Assembly: GCF_036321535.1 (NCBI RefSeq)
Contig: NC_087437.1
Location: 116,252,001-116,316,000 of the forward strand
DNA: 64,000 bases
Direction: 5' to 3'
DNA from: Camelus dromedarius
Taxonomy: Eukaryota
Made by a program: the position numbers and the translations under genes. Each line of letters begins with the position of its first letter. The first letter of the stretch is position 1. Shown here one piece after another: positions 52,560-64,000 of this stretch. The notes beneath the pieces are model-generated. The model worked only from the letters and a program-made list of their open reading frames with translations. It did not search any database and was not told the DNA's origin.

Positions 52560-52888
52560 CGTGGCAGTGACAATAGCAGTCATCAATGTTCCTTGGACTC
52601 CCGACGTTTCTGGCTCCTTCGTAGCTAGGCTGGGGACTTGCGATTGGTTCTGGCCAACAGAGTATGACCATGAATGATGTGTGTCCCTTTCTGATTAAGC
52701 CAGTAAAATCTCCATTCCATATTTTCCTTCCCTTGGTGATCTTGGACTACAGTCTGTCCAGATAGCTTAGCTACATTGGACTTCTTGCAAAGAAGAACTA
52801 AACCTCTGCCTGCTAAGCCCCTGGGATTTGTGGGGGGAAGGGCGCTTGTTTGTTATAGCAGCTGGTGGTAACCAGCCTGACTGACACA
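52560..52888 (+). mobile_element. MaLR LTR (MLT1H/I/J-like)
   Basis: ttggttctggccaacagag...ctaagcccctgggattt...ttgtttgttatagcagc...cctgactgacaca. Confidence 0.75.
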
Positions 52889-53002
52889 AGCTGTAAACTT
52901 TGAGTTGCTAATTTAAAATGTGTCATTATGATGCCCTGACAATAATAAAACTAGTGATTTTAGGCTAGATTCTTAGACGTTTTTGAGAATGTAATGGAAC
53001 CT

Positions 53003-53520
53003 TGTATTAGTTATCTTATTGCTGCATAACAACTTACCTTGAAAGATGGTGGTTTATAATAAACATTTCTTATCTCAAGTTTTTGATGGTCAGGAATGCG
53101 GGGGTGGCTTAGTCAGATGATTCTGACTCAGAGTCTCCGTGACGTTCAGTCAAGGTGCTGGCAGGAACTGCAGTCATCTGAAGGCTTGATCAGGGGTGGA
53201 GGAAGCATCGTTGATGGGAGGACTCAATTCTTCACTGATTCATGGCTGGAGTTTTCAGTCTTCACCACATGGGCCTCTCCACAGTCATTCTCATGACATG
53301 GAAGCTAGCATCTTCCAGAGAGAGCAATCCAAGAGAGAAAGCAGACAGGAATCCACCATGCCTTCTCTTGCTTAGCCTCTGATGTTGCGCTCTGTCACTT
53401 TGGCTTTTTTTCCCTGTCCATTAGCAATGTCACTAAATCCAGTCCATACTCAAGAGGAGACAAGTAGGCTCTACCATTTCAAGAGAAGGTCAAAGAATCT
53501 GTGGACATAGAGCACACACA
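53003..53520 (-). mobile_element. MaLR LTR (MLT1F-like)
   Basis: tgtattagttatcttattgctgcataacaa...ctgcagtcatctgaaggcttga...tcaaagaatctgtggacat. Confidence 0.8.
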
Positions 53521-55379
53521 CACCATCACCCTAGGTCAGGTTTGCAGGCAGCCGAGGGGGATGGAATGGGGGCTGCACGTCAGGTCAGGAGGAGGGCCTT
53601 CAGGGAGCTGCCACAAGTCAGCGAGCAGAGGGTAATCATGGAACTACTCCTTTCTTACTGTGTTCCCTGGTCTCACGAGTCAATGAAGGGAACTCAACCC
53701 TTTCTATTCAAAATAAGTGGACCATCCCCCTGCCATGAAGCTGCGTACTGAGATGTCGAGGTGACCATGAAAGCCTTCCTGGTCATTTATTGCTGTAAAT
53801 TATAAGCTACATTCGACGTGATGCAGAAAAAATAAATTCTCTTGTAACGGGGGCCCTGGTTGTGTAGGAATGTGGAGTTGCAGCCCTCTTCTGATGTGGC
53901 CACCGCCTGCCAACCTCCCAGGGTGCCCAGTGTGGTACAGCCCGCTGACTGCTGGTACAGACTGGGAGTTTGCATAGAAGAATATGATAAAATAAAACAG
54001 AATAGGAAAGACAGAAGAGAAAGAGAAACACTGCACTTTGCATAATACATAATGGGCTGGTGAAGCTGGTCTTGATTTAAGCCCAAAAGGCAAGAAATGG
54101 CAATAACACCGGAAATTGTGGCTCGGTTGAGGGCTGGGGTTTTCTTCTTTTCTCCCGTCCCCACAGTGCCTAGGAAAGCATGCCGCGTGCAATAGGCACC
54201 TTGCTGAATATTCTCTTTAGTTTGCTGGATGAGATAGCGTTCACCGTGGAAGAGAAGGCGGTGGGACTGGACAGTGGTGGGAATTCTCGACCTGCTAGGT
54301 TGCTGGTGGCAGAAGTGTCCATCCCGGCCGTGCTGGGGGCCGGCTTGCACCCTGAGGAAAGGGATTTGTGAGAGTGCCTGGAAAGGTGTCGTGTTGGGGC
54401 CTAGTCCAGTTCCGGTGTGGCCCACCCCTGGCTGGGCCCATGGTGGGACCTACACCAAGAGGCAGGGCAAGGCCTCAGTCGAGTCACACCATCTCAGACT
54501 GGCAGTGCTTCAGCAGCCACAGGAGACAGCTGGAGAGTGTGGTCAGCATGGACACGTCGCGTTAGCCTGCCAGGCCCCAGGGGACATTGGCGGCAGTGAG
54601 AAGGGGTAGCTTTTTAGAGCCCCCTAGACCTGGACAGTAATGTCAGATCTCGGGGCCACATTGGAAGAGCAGCGGCACTCCCTCTGAGCCGCAGCAGCTG
54701 GGCTGGGAGGTCCTGCAGCCTCAGGGAGCACAGCTGAGTTTGCCTCCTAAACACAGATGAGGAGCCGGGGAAAGAGTAAGCTTCCTTCTCATCTGAGCAT
54801 GTGCGGCCCTCGTTGCTCAAGTCTGAGACATCAGACTGGTGAAGTGGGACACCCTGGGTTGAGTTATAGCTTTACATTAACTTAAAAAGGACCTTTATTT
54901 TTATTTTTTTTTATTTTTTGAATATCAAGAGAAGAAAAAATCGAGTTCCGTCACAGAAGCCAAGGTCATGGTGAACAATCTCAAATGCTGCTCAAAAGCC
55001 AAGAAAATGAGGACAAAAAAGTTTCCACTGAGTTCACTGTCATGGTGTCACTGATGATTCCGAGACAGCAGTTCTGATGGGGAAATTAATGGACGGGGCG
55101 GGTCGAGTAGAAAATTAAGGTTAGGAAATCGTACCAGTGAGTACAGACTACACCCTCAAGAAGTTACGCTGTGAAGAGGACCAGAGTGAAGGCTGAGTCG
55201 CTAGAGATTAAATGGGTTGTTGAAGGAAGCTTTCACTTCATTCATTCATTCATTCATTTATAAATTCCATTTATTTTTTCCTATATAAACATATATGTGT
55301 ATATATGTAAAGTAAATACTTTGAATATGATTCAAATTTTCTAAGTCCATTTTGTATCAACTTTATCCTTTTTTCTTTT

Positions 55380-55722
55380 TCCCTTTTGACCCCCTTCACC
55401 TGTTTCTCCCGCCCCCGACCATCACCTCTGGTGACCACCAATCTGTTCTCTGGGTCTATGGGCTTCTTTTTCATTTGTTTGCTCTTTTTTTCTTCTTCTT
55501 CTTAGATTCCACATGTAAGAGAGATCTTACAGTATTTATCTTTCTCTGTCTGACTTATTTCACTTAGCATAATGCCCTTGTCCCTCCATGTTGTCACAAG
55601 TAGCAAGAGTTCACTCCTTTTTAATGGCTAACTAATATTTCATTGTGTGTGTGTGAGTGTGCGTGTGTCACATCTTCTTTATCCATTCATCCATTGATAG
55701 GAACTTAGATAACTTCCATATA
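55380..55722 (-). mobile_element. L1 3' region (L1MA-like)
   Basis: cctctggtgaccaccaatctgttctctg...ttagattccacatgtaagagagatc...tctgacttatttcacttagcataatgcc...tttatccattcatcc. Confidence 0.85.
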
Positions 55723-55982
55723 TTTTCAGTGTGACCCTCAAACATGTAGCTGTCACTTGCCCCACAGGCATACATTGGTGTGTCTATATGTTATGTGAGA
55801 AGGGAGAGAAAGGTCCAGAAAACTCAGAAGAACCTAAGATTAATGTTACAAGATAAACACACTGACCAATCAAAATCAAACTTCATTAAAAGAAAACCAC
55901 ACTGTCATCTTCCTTCAAGATAATGGCAACAGCAAGAGCCAACACTTGCTGGGCTCCAAATGCATCTCCCAGGCTCTGAGGA

Positions 55983-56458
55983 TGTCACACAGGATTTTAA
56001 TTGCCTCTTATGGGGATGACACAACATCTAACAATGGGGAAGTGAGATCAATAGCAGTTTCTCCATCACACACACTCAGCCCAGGGGAGGAAGAGGCTGC
56101 ATACCACACAAGGGGTGCACTTGGGCACAGAGGGAACAAGCTGGGACCTGGGGGCAGGCTTTGTAGTAACTAGAGAGTAGGGTGACCCAGGGTTCCTGCA
56201 GGCACCAGGATGTGATTGGCTTGCTTGAATAATTCTGCAGGCTAGCAGGGAACTGAAAAAAAAAAATGCTACTCAGGAATAAGCAAGAACTGCACTGAGT
56301 CTATTTGATAAGGAGGTTTGCTTGATTAGGGGGCTCTTACTGGCAGGGGCAGCACTCAGAGGGAACTGGATGCAGAGGTTAGGTCATTTGAGACCCTCCT
56401 GATTTGAACAGATGTCAAGGAAGCACATCATACTGAGCCTTAGTTTCAGGCTCACACC
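55983..56458. mobile_element. ERV-type LTR apparently inserted into a MIR (MIR halves about 55920-55982 and 56460-56610)
   Basis: TG...CA-bounded LTR-like block; MIR antisense sequence resumes at 56460 (aaccctcctatgaaat...cccattactttacag...gtaagtggccgagctgg). Confidence 0.5.
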
Positions 56459-57759
56459 AGGTACTTCATTATCAAAACCCTCCTATGAAATACCATCCCA
56501 TTACTTTACAGGGGGTGGACTCGAGGCTCGTGGATTGTCCAGTGTTAGCCAGATGGTAAGTGGCCGAGCTGGCATCCAAATCTGGGCTTGCTAATCCAAG
56601 AGCCTGACCCCAGAAGCCATTGTTTCCGGGGCTAATGGGACAGTCCACCCCAGAAACAGGTTAGGAGGGGAAAGAGAAAGACACTAGGGAGGTCAGCAAG
56701 CACACTTCACCTCCGCAGACAGAAAGCTCAGTTTAAACACACAGTCCCTTTCGCCGTTCACTGTCTGACTTTCCGGGTCCCACACAACCTCCCCCGAAGG
56801 CAGCCGGGTTAATGTCACAGCCCCACCGACCACCAGCCACCGGCTCTGCCTCTTATGTTCAACCTCGCACTTTAATCAGTGGCCCCTGAAAGGCCTACAA
56901 GCCCGGCTGCTCCAGACACGCTTCTGAGTGCCCAGCGCAGAGGAGGAGAACCTGTCCCAGCAGATCAAGCAGCTCCCAGGTGCTTCAGAATCCCCAGCCC
57001 GGGACGGCCCCGAATTAGTCACCCTCCTGCACGAGCACGTTGGGCCTGCTGGCAGGGCTTGGGTTTCTAGAATAAATTTCTCTGCACTGAAGGAGACTGT
57101 AGATCTTATCCAAGCCAAGCCTCTCATTTCACAGGTAAAGAAGCTGAGGGGAAGTGGCATCTCCAAGGTCATAAAGCTGGTTCGGGCGTAGCCTGCTTGG
57201 GTCCGTTTCTTAAACTCCCTGCTGAGTCCCTCCTTCCAGGCCCCCCTCCCTCTATAACGGTCAGAGAAGGCACATACCCTCTTCTTCAGCATCCTTTGCG
57301 GTTAAGGTGACCGACCCCATGACCCATTTCCAGATGTTCCACCCGGAGGGAATCTGCTGGAAGGGACCTGGGCGAGACTTCTCCTCCCTGACAGAAGGAA
57401 AGGGGCAGCCAAAGAGAGCCCTGGTGTCTCCCTACCCCCCTGCTCTGGGCCGAACTGTGTCCTGCTCCCAGTGGACGGATTCCACCCTGAACCCAGTTCA
57501 GCCTTATCAGAATCTGGTCCCCACGGCCAGCCTGCTTGCCCCTGCCTAGCTGGGACACCTTTTATGGAGGGTGGCACAGAAGAGCTTACTTCTTGATTAT
57601 CTGTCCCGCTTTCTGCTGGGCCCAGACTCTGAACCAGTTCTTTCTGCCATATACACGCCCTCCTCTCCCTGCTGGGCAGCATCGCATGGCCCGACAGAGG
57701 AAGCTCTTCTATCTCAAGTTTCCGAAATGATCTGCGGGACGTCTTTCTAATTTCCATCT

Positions 57760-58175
57760 ACTAACTCTCTCTCCAAACCTGTCCCAACTCACGGTGCACC
57801 TAACTGACAAAGAAGACGTCTCACATGAGGACTTGCCTGGGGTGGGTGGGGGCTGCTCTCTCGTCACCCTGGACGGCAGGACACACAATGATTGGTTAGA
57901 AAGTCAGCCCAAGAGCCAGCTCCTCACCAGAGGCACAGGGCTCCTGCCAAGAGAAGGCGGCTCCATCAGCCAGTGCTGGCAGCTTCGTGTACCTGTCGTC
58001 AGTGCGCGCTGCCCAGTCTCCAGCTCCTCCTGGGGCACAGCTGTCAGCAGCCCTTCCCTCGGCTCACTTCTGTCCTCCTCACCTCCTTCCATGCACACCT
58101 CCCAAGAACACTTCCCAGCAAATGTCTACGTCCATTTCTCTGAGTCTGTTTTCAAAGTACCTATACTAGGATAGT
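57760..58175 (+). mobile_element. ERVL LTR (LTR16/LTR33-like)
   Basis: Degenerate terminus cctcccaagaacacttcccagcaaat...tctctgagtctgttttc. Confidence 0.45.
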
Positions 58176-61100
58176 ACCCTTTCCTAAAACTGATCTCTCT
58201 GAGAGCGAGTCCTTTTCTCACTGTAAAACAAGAAAAAAATGAGTGTGTCTCACCCACTTCAAATATACTGTGGCCCACTGTCCTCACTGGAATGCATCCA
58301 TGGCTCCAGAGGAGACGTCTGTTTCTATGATTAAATAAAGGCCATTGAACCAGCAGGGCTCCTGTCTTTCTTTATCTGATACGTATTTCTGTTAATTGGT
58401 GAAGGTTGGAATTAGAGATAGTGTATCTGGACCTATATTATGATGTTCTGAATATAGACCAGTCAAAGCCGTTTAGGTCATTGTCACTTGTTCTAAATGT
58501 AAACAGGACGTTTTGTGCAACTATTGAGTTCTTCAAGATACATTATATAAAATGTGCAGATAAAAATTTTATGAGATTCCTTTTAGACTTCATGTATTTT
58601 ACTCAATAAAATACTTGATACCTATTTTATCAAGTCACATAACATTTATTCTAACTGTCATCAATTGTCATCATCTTATTTCATCTTATAGAATATTGTA
58701 TGTTTGTCTTATTTATTACCAAGAAATTGACTTTTTCAGGCTTATGATGGAAACAGGCATATGCTAACTTACAAATACATGCAGGGGTAGATAGGTTTTT
58801 CATCATTCTTTTAAGGTGCATGTGAACAATATAAAGTATAATAATCAATAGGAAAAAATAAAACTCCTCATATGTTCCCATGTTCTCAAGTATTTAATAA
58901 GGAAAACAGTAAGATGAATAGGAGACCAAAGTATAAAATGGATAGCCCTCCCTGTGGGGTGGGGAAGAATTATCACCTCCCTGCAAAATTGACAGTCACA
59001 TAGTCCAGATAGATACCAGATTCCACTACTTTGATTTGTTATCCTTCAAGGAACATTCAGGGCTGTCAGATAACTTGCCCTCTTTGGGAGAGGGGTATGG
59101 AACACATAGTTCCTGTAACTACGCACCTTCTCGCCCAGCCTGCAGGGCCTGGAGGCACACAGGCTGCAGTGCCCTTGGCTTCCTGGCCAGGTGCTCTTGG
59201 CTGGCCCTCTCCCCAGTAGTTCCCAGCAGACCTGGTTCCTGGCAGTCACGCCTTTGCTTTCCTTCCAGGTCTATTTTTGCCCAGAGTTGTAGATCCTCCA
59301 CCACAAGTCTCCACTCTTTCCCCAAGGCCCCTACCAGTTATCAGAAGGGAGGATTTTCTGTGCCCACCCCCAGTGACTTTGAGTCGCAGCCAGCATCTTG
59401 GTCAGCGGGGCACCAGTCTGCTTTGCTCGCTGACCAAAAACCCTGTTTTTGCCTCTGCGGAAAGGCACCTCATGTGATCATCAGAACTTCACCCAGAAGA
59501 TACATGTGGGCAGAGCCTAGACCAACGGCCAAAGGCAACATGCCACAGGCCAAAACAGAGATGTGACGTCATCACCAGAGACAGCAGTTCCAAACACACC
59601 CCTGCTAGAGCCCAAGGTGTCCCTGGAGTGACCGAGAGTTCCCATTCCCTTGATATAGCAAAGTCAGGTGTCTCAGCCTTGGCGAGGTCAAGAGGCTTAC
59701 ATGGACGTCTTCTGTGCTGAGTCTTCACCTTTGCATCTTGATCCTTGAGGCCATACAAAGATCTCAGCATGAAGCATCTTACGCTCAGATCTCTTATGCT
59801 CTCCACCAAAAGCTGTGAAGCCTGCCAGGGTTCCAGAAAAGTGTGCACCATTGTCTGAGGTAGCCATGTCTCCAGTGAACTGCTGCCATGCTGTTCCACG
59901 GAACAGCACTTCAGCTCGGTGACGGCAGGGACATCGCTGTCTTATTCCTTATTTTACCCCTGATGCATAGCTCACTGCTGACAGCTGATAAATGTTAAAC
60001 AGACATTGATGGAATAAGCAATCGCTCTGATTTGAGAGGGCATTTATCAAGACTTTCACTCCATCAGACACAAGAATTCACTGATGATCACCACTTTTGC
60101 TCTAATAATTCAGAGTTTGCAAGATCTCTTTGCAGGGCTTCATCACCACCCCCACAGGAGGTGAGGGTCACCCTCATCCAGTTCGCCCGCTCTACCTGTC
60201 ATCCCTACATTCATGTTCTCCAGTGCTTCTAACAGGAGACCCTTTCTGACTATGGCCAAGTAGAGCGGAATAGTCAGGTAGACCAGAAGGATTAGAAATT
60301 CCACACTCTGCTAGGTGAGCCTGTTTCCACCAGGCTCGTGGAAAGACGAAGTTGTGCTCATCCTGTTTCTCTGCTTGACTTGCCCCCCTCTCCCTGCTTT
60401 CTGATAGGCCAGCCTCAGAGTGTCTCCAAGAGCAAAGCTGTCAGGTCTTTGCCCTGAGAGAAAACTTCAGCTCCTTATAACCAAGGTTGTGTCTCTGAAT
60501 GTGTTGCTCATAAGCGCCTTGCTCTCTCCTACCCATTTGTGAGACGTGGGTGGGAGCTCTTCTGTGATCTTACTTCCCCAGATGATCTCCAAGTGTGGTC
60601 AGAAGTATATGGAGAGTTCCAGCCCAGGAGCTCCTCAGCTGGCCAGGGGGGAACATTCCCTTCACAGATATCTTCTCAAGTTCCTCTTCATTTCCCCACC
60701 TGTACTGCCACACTTCCCCAGGAAGTTTTGGAGTTCCCCCAAACTCCCCAAAATTAGGAGTAAAGTTCTCTGAAGCACCCAGGTTGTCTACTGTAATACG
60801 TTGTCATGGACAGCTTTATAGTCATATTTATAACGAGAGTTGGCCTTGTGTTTCTTCCCTAGATGCTGACCTCGTAAATGCCCCAAAGCATCACAGTAGA
60901 CTAGAGCCAAGCAGGGCTTCTGAGAATGGCGGGGATCGTGTGATGATTGAAGGGCCAACCCCTTTAATGTGCTGCTCTCAGTCACTTGGGCTGTGAGACA
61001 ATCGCAATCTCTCCTAGTTCATGACAACCGGAGTCCCTTCCTCAGCCTCAACCTCAACCAAGTCAAACGCAGCAGCTTCACAGGCTGCAAAAGACTGTGG

Positions 61101-62699
61101 CCGACCTGGGTGAGAAACGCCCCTTCCCGGCCACGGCACCAGCCCGGGAGTGAGCGTCAGCTCTGGCGAGCACGAAGCCCATCGCAAAGGACAGCCGCGC
61201 AGTCATTTCCGCCGACACTGCCGTCCCCCTCTCCCCCCGGAACACTTCCTCTGTTATCAAGGAGAGCGAAGCCAGGAAGAAGTAAATGAATCAAGTGTTT
61301 ACTTGACTGTTGAGTGTTGATAAAACGCTGGCCTCCGTGTGGTTCCGGACCAGGCACACACTCCAGAGCCCGGCCAGCCCTGCGCTGCAGAGTCAGGGGC
61401 AGGTGACAGTCCTTAAACAATACCCACTTCCGGGTTGCAGCCAGCGTGTGTTCGCTTAGCCCAGACGCCCGACTCCCGAGGGGCTGTGTTTATGCTGCGG
61501 CCGTCTCAGGGTCACTTTGGTTGAGCGGTGACCATGGGTGCGGGTCCCACAGCAAGAGTCTGAGCCCTGATGCCAGGGGAGATTAGGAGCCTGCGGACAG
61601 ACAGGAAAGGACACAGAGACCAGCTGCGAGTCACAGCAGTTGCCAGGTGGTGGGGCTCATGCGGGCTTGTGTCTATTTCTGGAAAATTAAAATCAGTCTC
61701 GAGTCCAGTCGAAATCATCTTTAGCCTGTCTGAAAACCGTAGTCTGTGGCAGGGATTTACAGACCGCCTTTCAGAGCCCAGATGAGCAGAGAGGAGGTGG
61801 GAAAAAATAAGAGCGAATGTAAAGCTTCACTCGGTTGATATCAGAGCCCATCTTTCCAGAGAGGCAGATAATGATGATAACCACAGCCAGGAGCATTGTC
61901 ATCATTGTTGTTACTGTAAAGACAGCACCTTAACTAGACATCCACTGAGCCGCTTGCTTGCTTCCGCTGCTGTCTACACTTTCTGGCCCTTGAGGCTCAC
62001 AGGAGCAAAGTGGAAAAAAAAAAAAGAAAAAAGACTCTTGCCCCCTCTGACCCCAAAAGGAAAGCAAATTACCTCAAGCTTTAAAGCCTGAGTAATCTAA
62101 TTGGACAATAAAAGGAGTCGAGATATTTACACAAAAATTAAACCACTGTGCAAAAGGATACTCTCCCTGGGACTGACCTCATTAAAAATCAAGAGAATGA
62201 AGAGATCTGGGTGTTGAGAGACCCACCTTTTCCTCCTGGCCCTACTGTGAGGTGGTACCATCGCCTTGAGATGATACCCACCTCTGTATGTCGTCTCAGA
62301 TCCAGGAAGGTGTGGCTCTCTGCTGTGCCTGCCTTGATAGGGGAGCTCACACACGTGGGAAAGCCGTCCAAGAATGACAAAGTGCAGAACAGAAGCTTGG
62401 TCCCTGGGATGCAGAGCCTTTGACCACTGGGCCTTTTGCAAGGATACGCATTATACAATCATTCAGTTTTGTAGAAATTAAACTTAAAGGAATAGAAACT
62501 CTAGGCTGGAAAAGGAACAACTCTAGTGGAAAAGGTCAAGTAAGCTCCTCTCACCTTTACTGCTTATTTGTAAGTACTCAGGCCCCACCGTCACGCTAGT
62601 ATCACAGAGGAAGACCCCCACACACAGACACACAGCCACCCCTGGTCATTCGGCTACAAACCATGAGCGACTCATTTGGGAGAAGTCTTTCCAGACTGA

Positions 62700-63154
62700 T
62701 CGGTGATTGCATACGCAGGGAAGGCGGAGGAGCAAAGGAGAAACCATCAGTTAGGCAGAGAAAGCGGGAAGCCTGGACCAGCTTCGTAGACACAGGGATG
62801 CTGCCCAGACTCCGCCCACAATGACGGACACCTGGCCTCAGCTGCCGGGAGGGCTGTGGGCCCCCCCTCCGATGGCCTCAGTTGCAAAGAGATGCCTGAC
62901 CAGTGTGGTCCAAGGCAAATGGCAGATCGAAGAGGGCATATAAGGGCCTAGCATTTGGTCATTTTAACCCCCAAGGTCCCCACGGGGTCAGCTGAAGCTG
63001 TCTCCCCTGCACCACTGCTCAACTGCTCCCTGTCACACTCAGGCTGTCCTCCTCCTCCTGTTCACTGATGTCAGTCTTGAGGGCACTCCTTAATAAATAC
63101 CCTGTCCTTTAAACTCCATTTCACAGCTGCTCCCAGGGAACCCAATTTGTGACA
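62700..63154 (+). mobile_element. ERVL LTR16-like solo LTR; 5' boundary uncertain
   Basis: cctcagttgcaaagag...TATAA at 62939...gagggcactccttAATAAA (63092)...cccagggaacccaatttgtgaca. Confidence 0.75.
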
Positions 63155-63284
63155 ACTAGGAAATAGAACAGATGAAATTCCCCAAGACAGAGAGGAGAAT
63201 GAAAGGACAAAAGGCAGAGCTGCCTTCTTTGGTGCCGTCATCACCTTTCCTTGTCTGGGTTTCTGCTGCAGCCAGACACCAGAG

Positions 63285-63460
63285 CACAGCAGAAAGGATA
63301 CAGGAGTTAGGTTCCTAGGGCCTCATTCTCATCTGAGCTCTGTCAGTCACTGGCTGTATGATCTTGGATAAATCATCCTCGCAGGGATTTGGTTTGCTCG
63401 TTGCCAAATGGGGAGACTAACGATCCGACGAGAGAGTTACTTCATCGTGAGGGTCTATTA
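63285..63460 (+). mobile_element. MIR
   Basis: cactggctgtatgatcttggataaatca...ggtttgctcgttgccaaatggggagactaa. Confidence 0.6.
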
Positions 63461-63679
63461 AGATAATGGGTGCACATGTGCATGGGAGACCATAAAACTC
63501 CATCTGCTCATGACCGTTTCTCTCCCCTTCAACTGAAGATTGGAAAGGCCGTGGCAGCTTGAAAATAACAGCCTGAAAGGGTGAGTTTCTACCCTGCCCT
63601 TCAAGTCAGGCTGGTGGAGCAAAGAGGTGCAGGGAAGACGGGAGTGCACTGTCTCACTAAACCCGGCAGGTAATGCCGG

Positions 63680-64000
63680 GCACCTGTCACCCTCCAGGCA
63701 CCATGCCCGCTCCTGTGCTCACGGTGCTGATGCGCGGGTCGTGAGCGTTCACGTAAAAACCCCCCAAACAAATAAAGCCTCCGCCAGGCTTGCTTTACGA
63801 GCCAAGTAAAAGCAATCCGAGAAGACCGCCCCTGAGGAAGTGATGCTTGAACTGAGAAATAAGATGGGTAGGACTTACGTCAACTAAAAAGGAAAGGAAG
63901 ATGTTTCCTAAAGCTGAGAAAATGCAAGTACAGAGAAGGTCTCGTGGTAAGGAGGTCAGCGGGCTCGAGACCTGGAAGCACGAGGGTGAAGCCCAGAGAA
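63680..64000 (-). mobile_element. L2 fragment
   Basis: ccctgaggaagtgatgcttgaactgagaaataagatgggtagga. Confidence 0.55.

Noticed and set aside
53787..54425. 212-aa minus-strand ORF
   Set aside because: No recognisable domain or exon structure; plausible by chance in 64 kb.
1..64000. A novel multi-gene or prokaryote-like system
   Set aside because: Only one credible CDS is present. The other ORFs are short, mostly non-ATG and often repeat-derived.

Overview
Mammalian genomic DNA, probably camelid: two short tRNA-derived SINEs at 48945-49260 resemble the camelid Vic-1 family, recognised from memory. The only supportable protein-coding gene is KCNJ15 (Kir4.2 inward-rectifier K+ channel, + strand), with an uninterrupted 375-aa CDS at 33837-34964. 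Candidate 5' non-coding exons lie at about 9030-9172 and 31430-31530, and a probably long 3'UTR follows. The rest is intron or intergenic DNA full of old repeats (L2, MIR, MER5, MER53, MaLR/ERVL LTRs) and younger 5'-truncated L1 tails and SINEs, several with visible target-site duplications. I found no new multi-gene system. The best observations are: (1) the reading frame of the rodent-type long N-terminal Kir4.2 isoform is still open across a splice junction, but its ATG reads AGG; (2) a uORF that spans a splice junction; (3) a CpG-rich intronic element with divergent splice donors; (4) a three-layer nested insertion; (5) CpG-rich patches inside ancient repeats. Repeat family names and boundaries were assigned by eye and are approximate.
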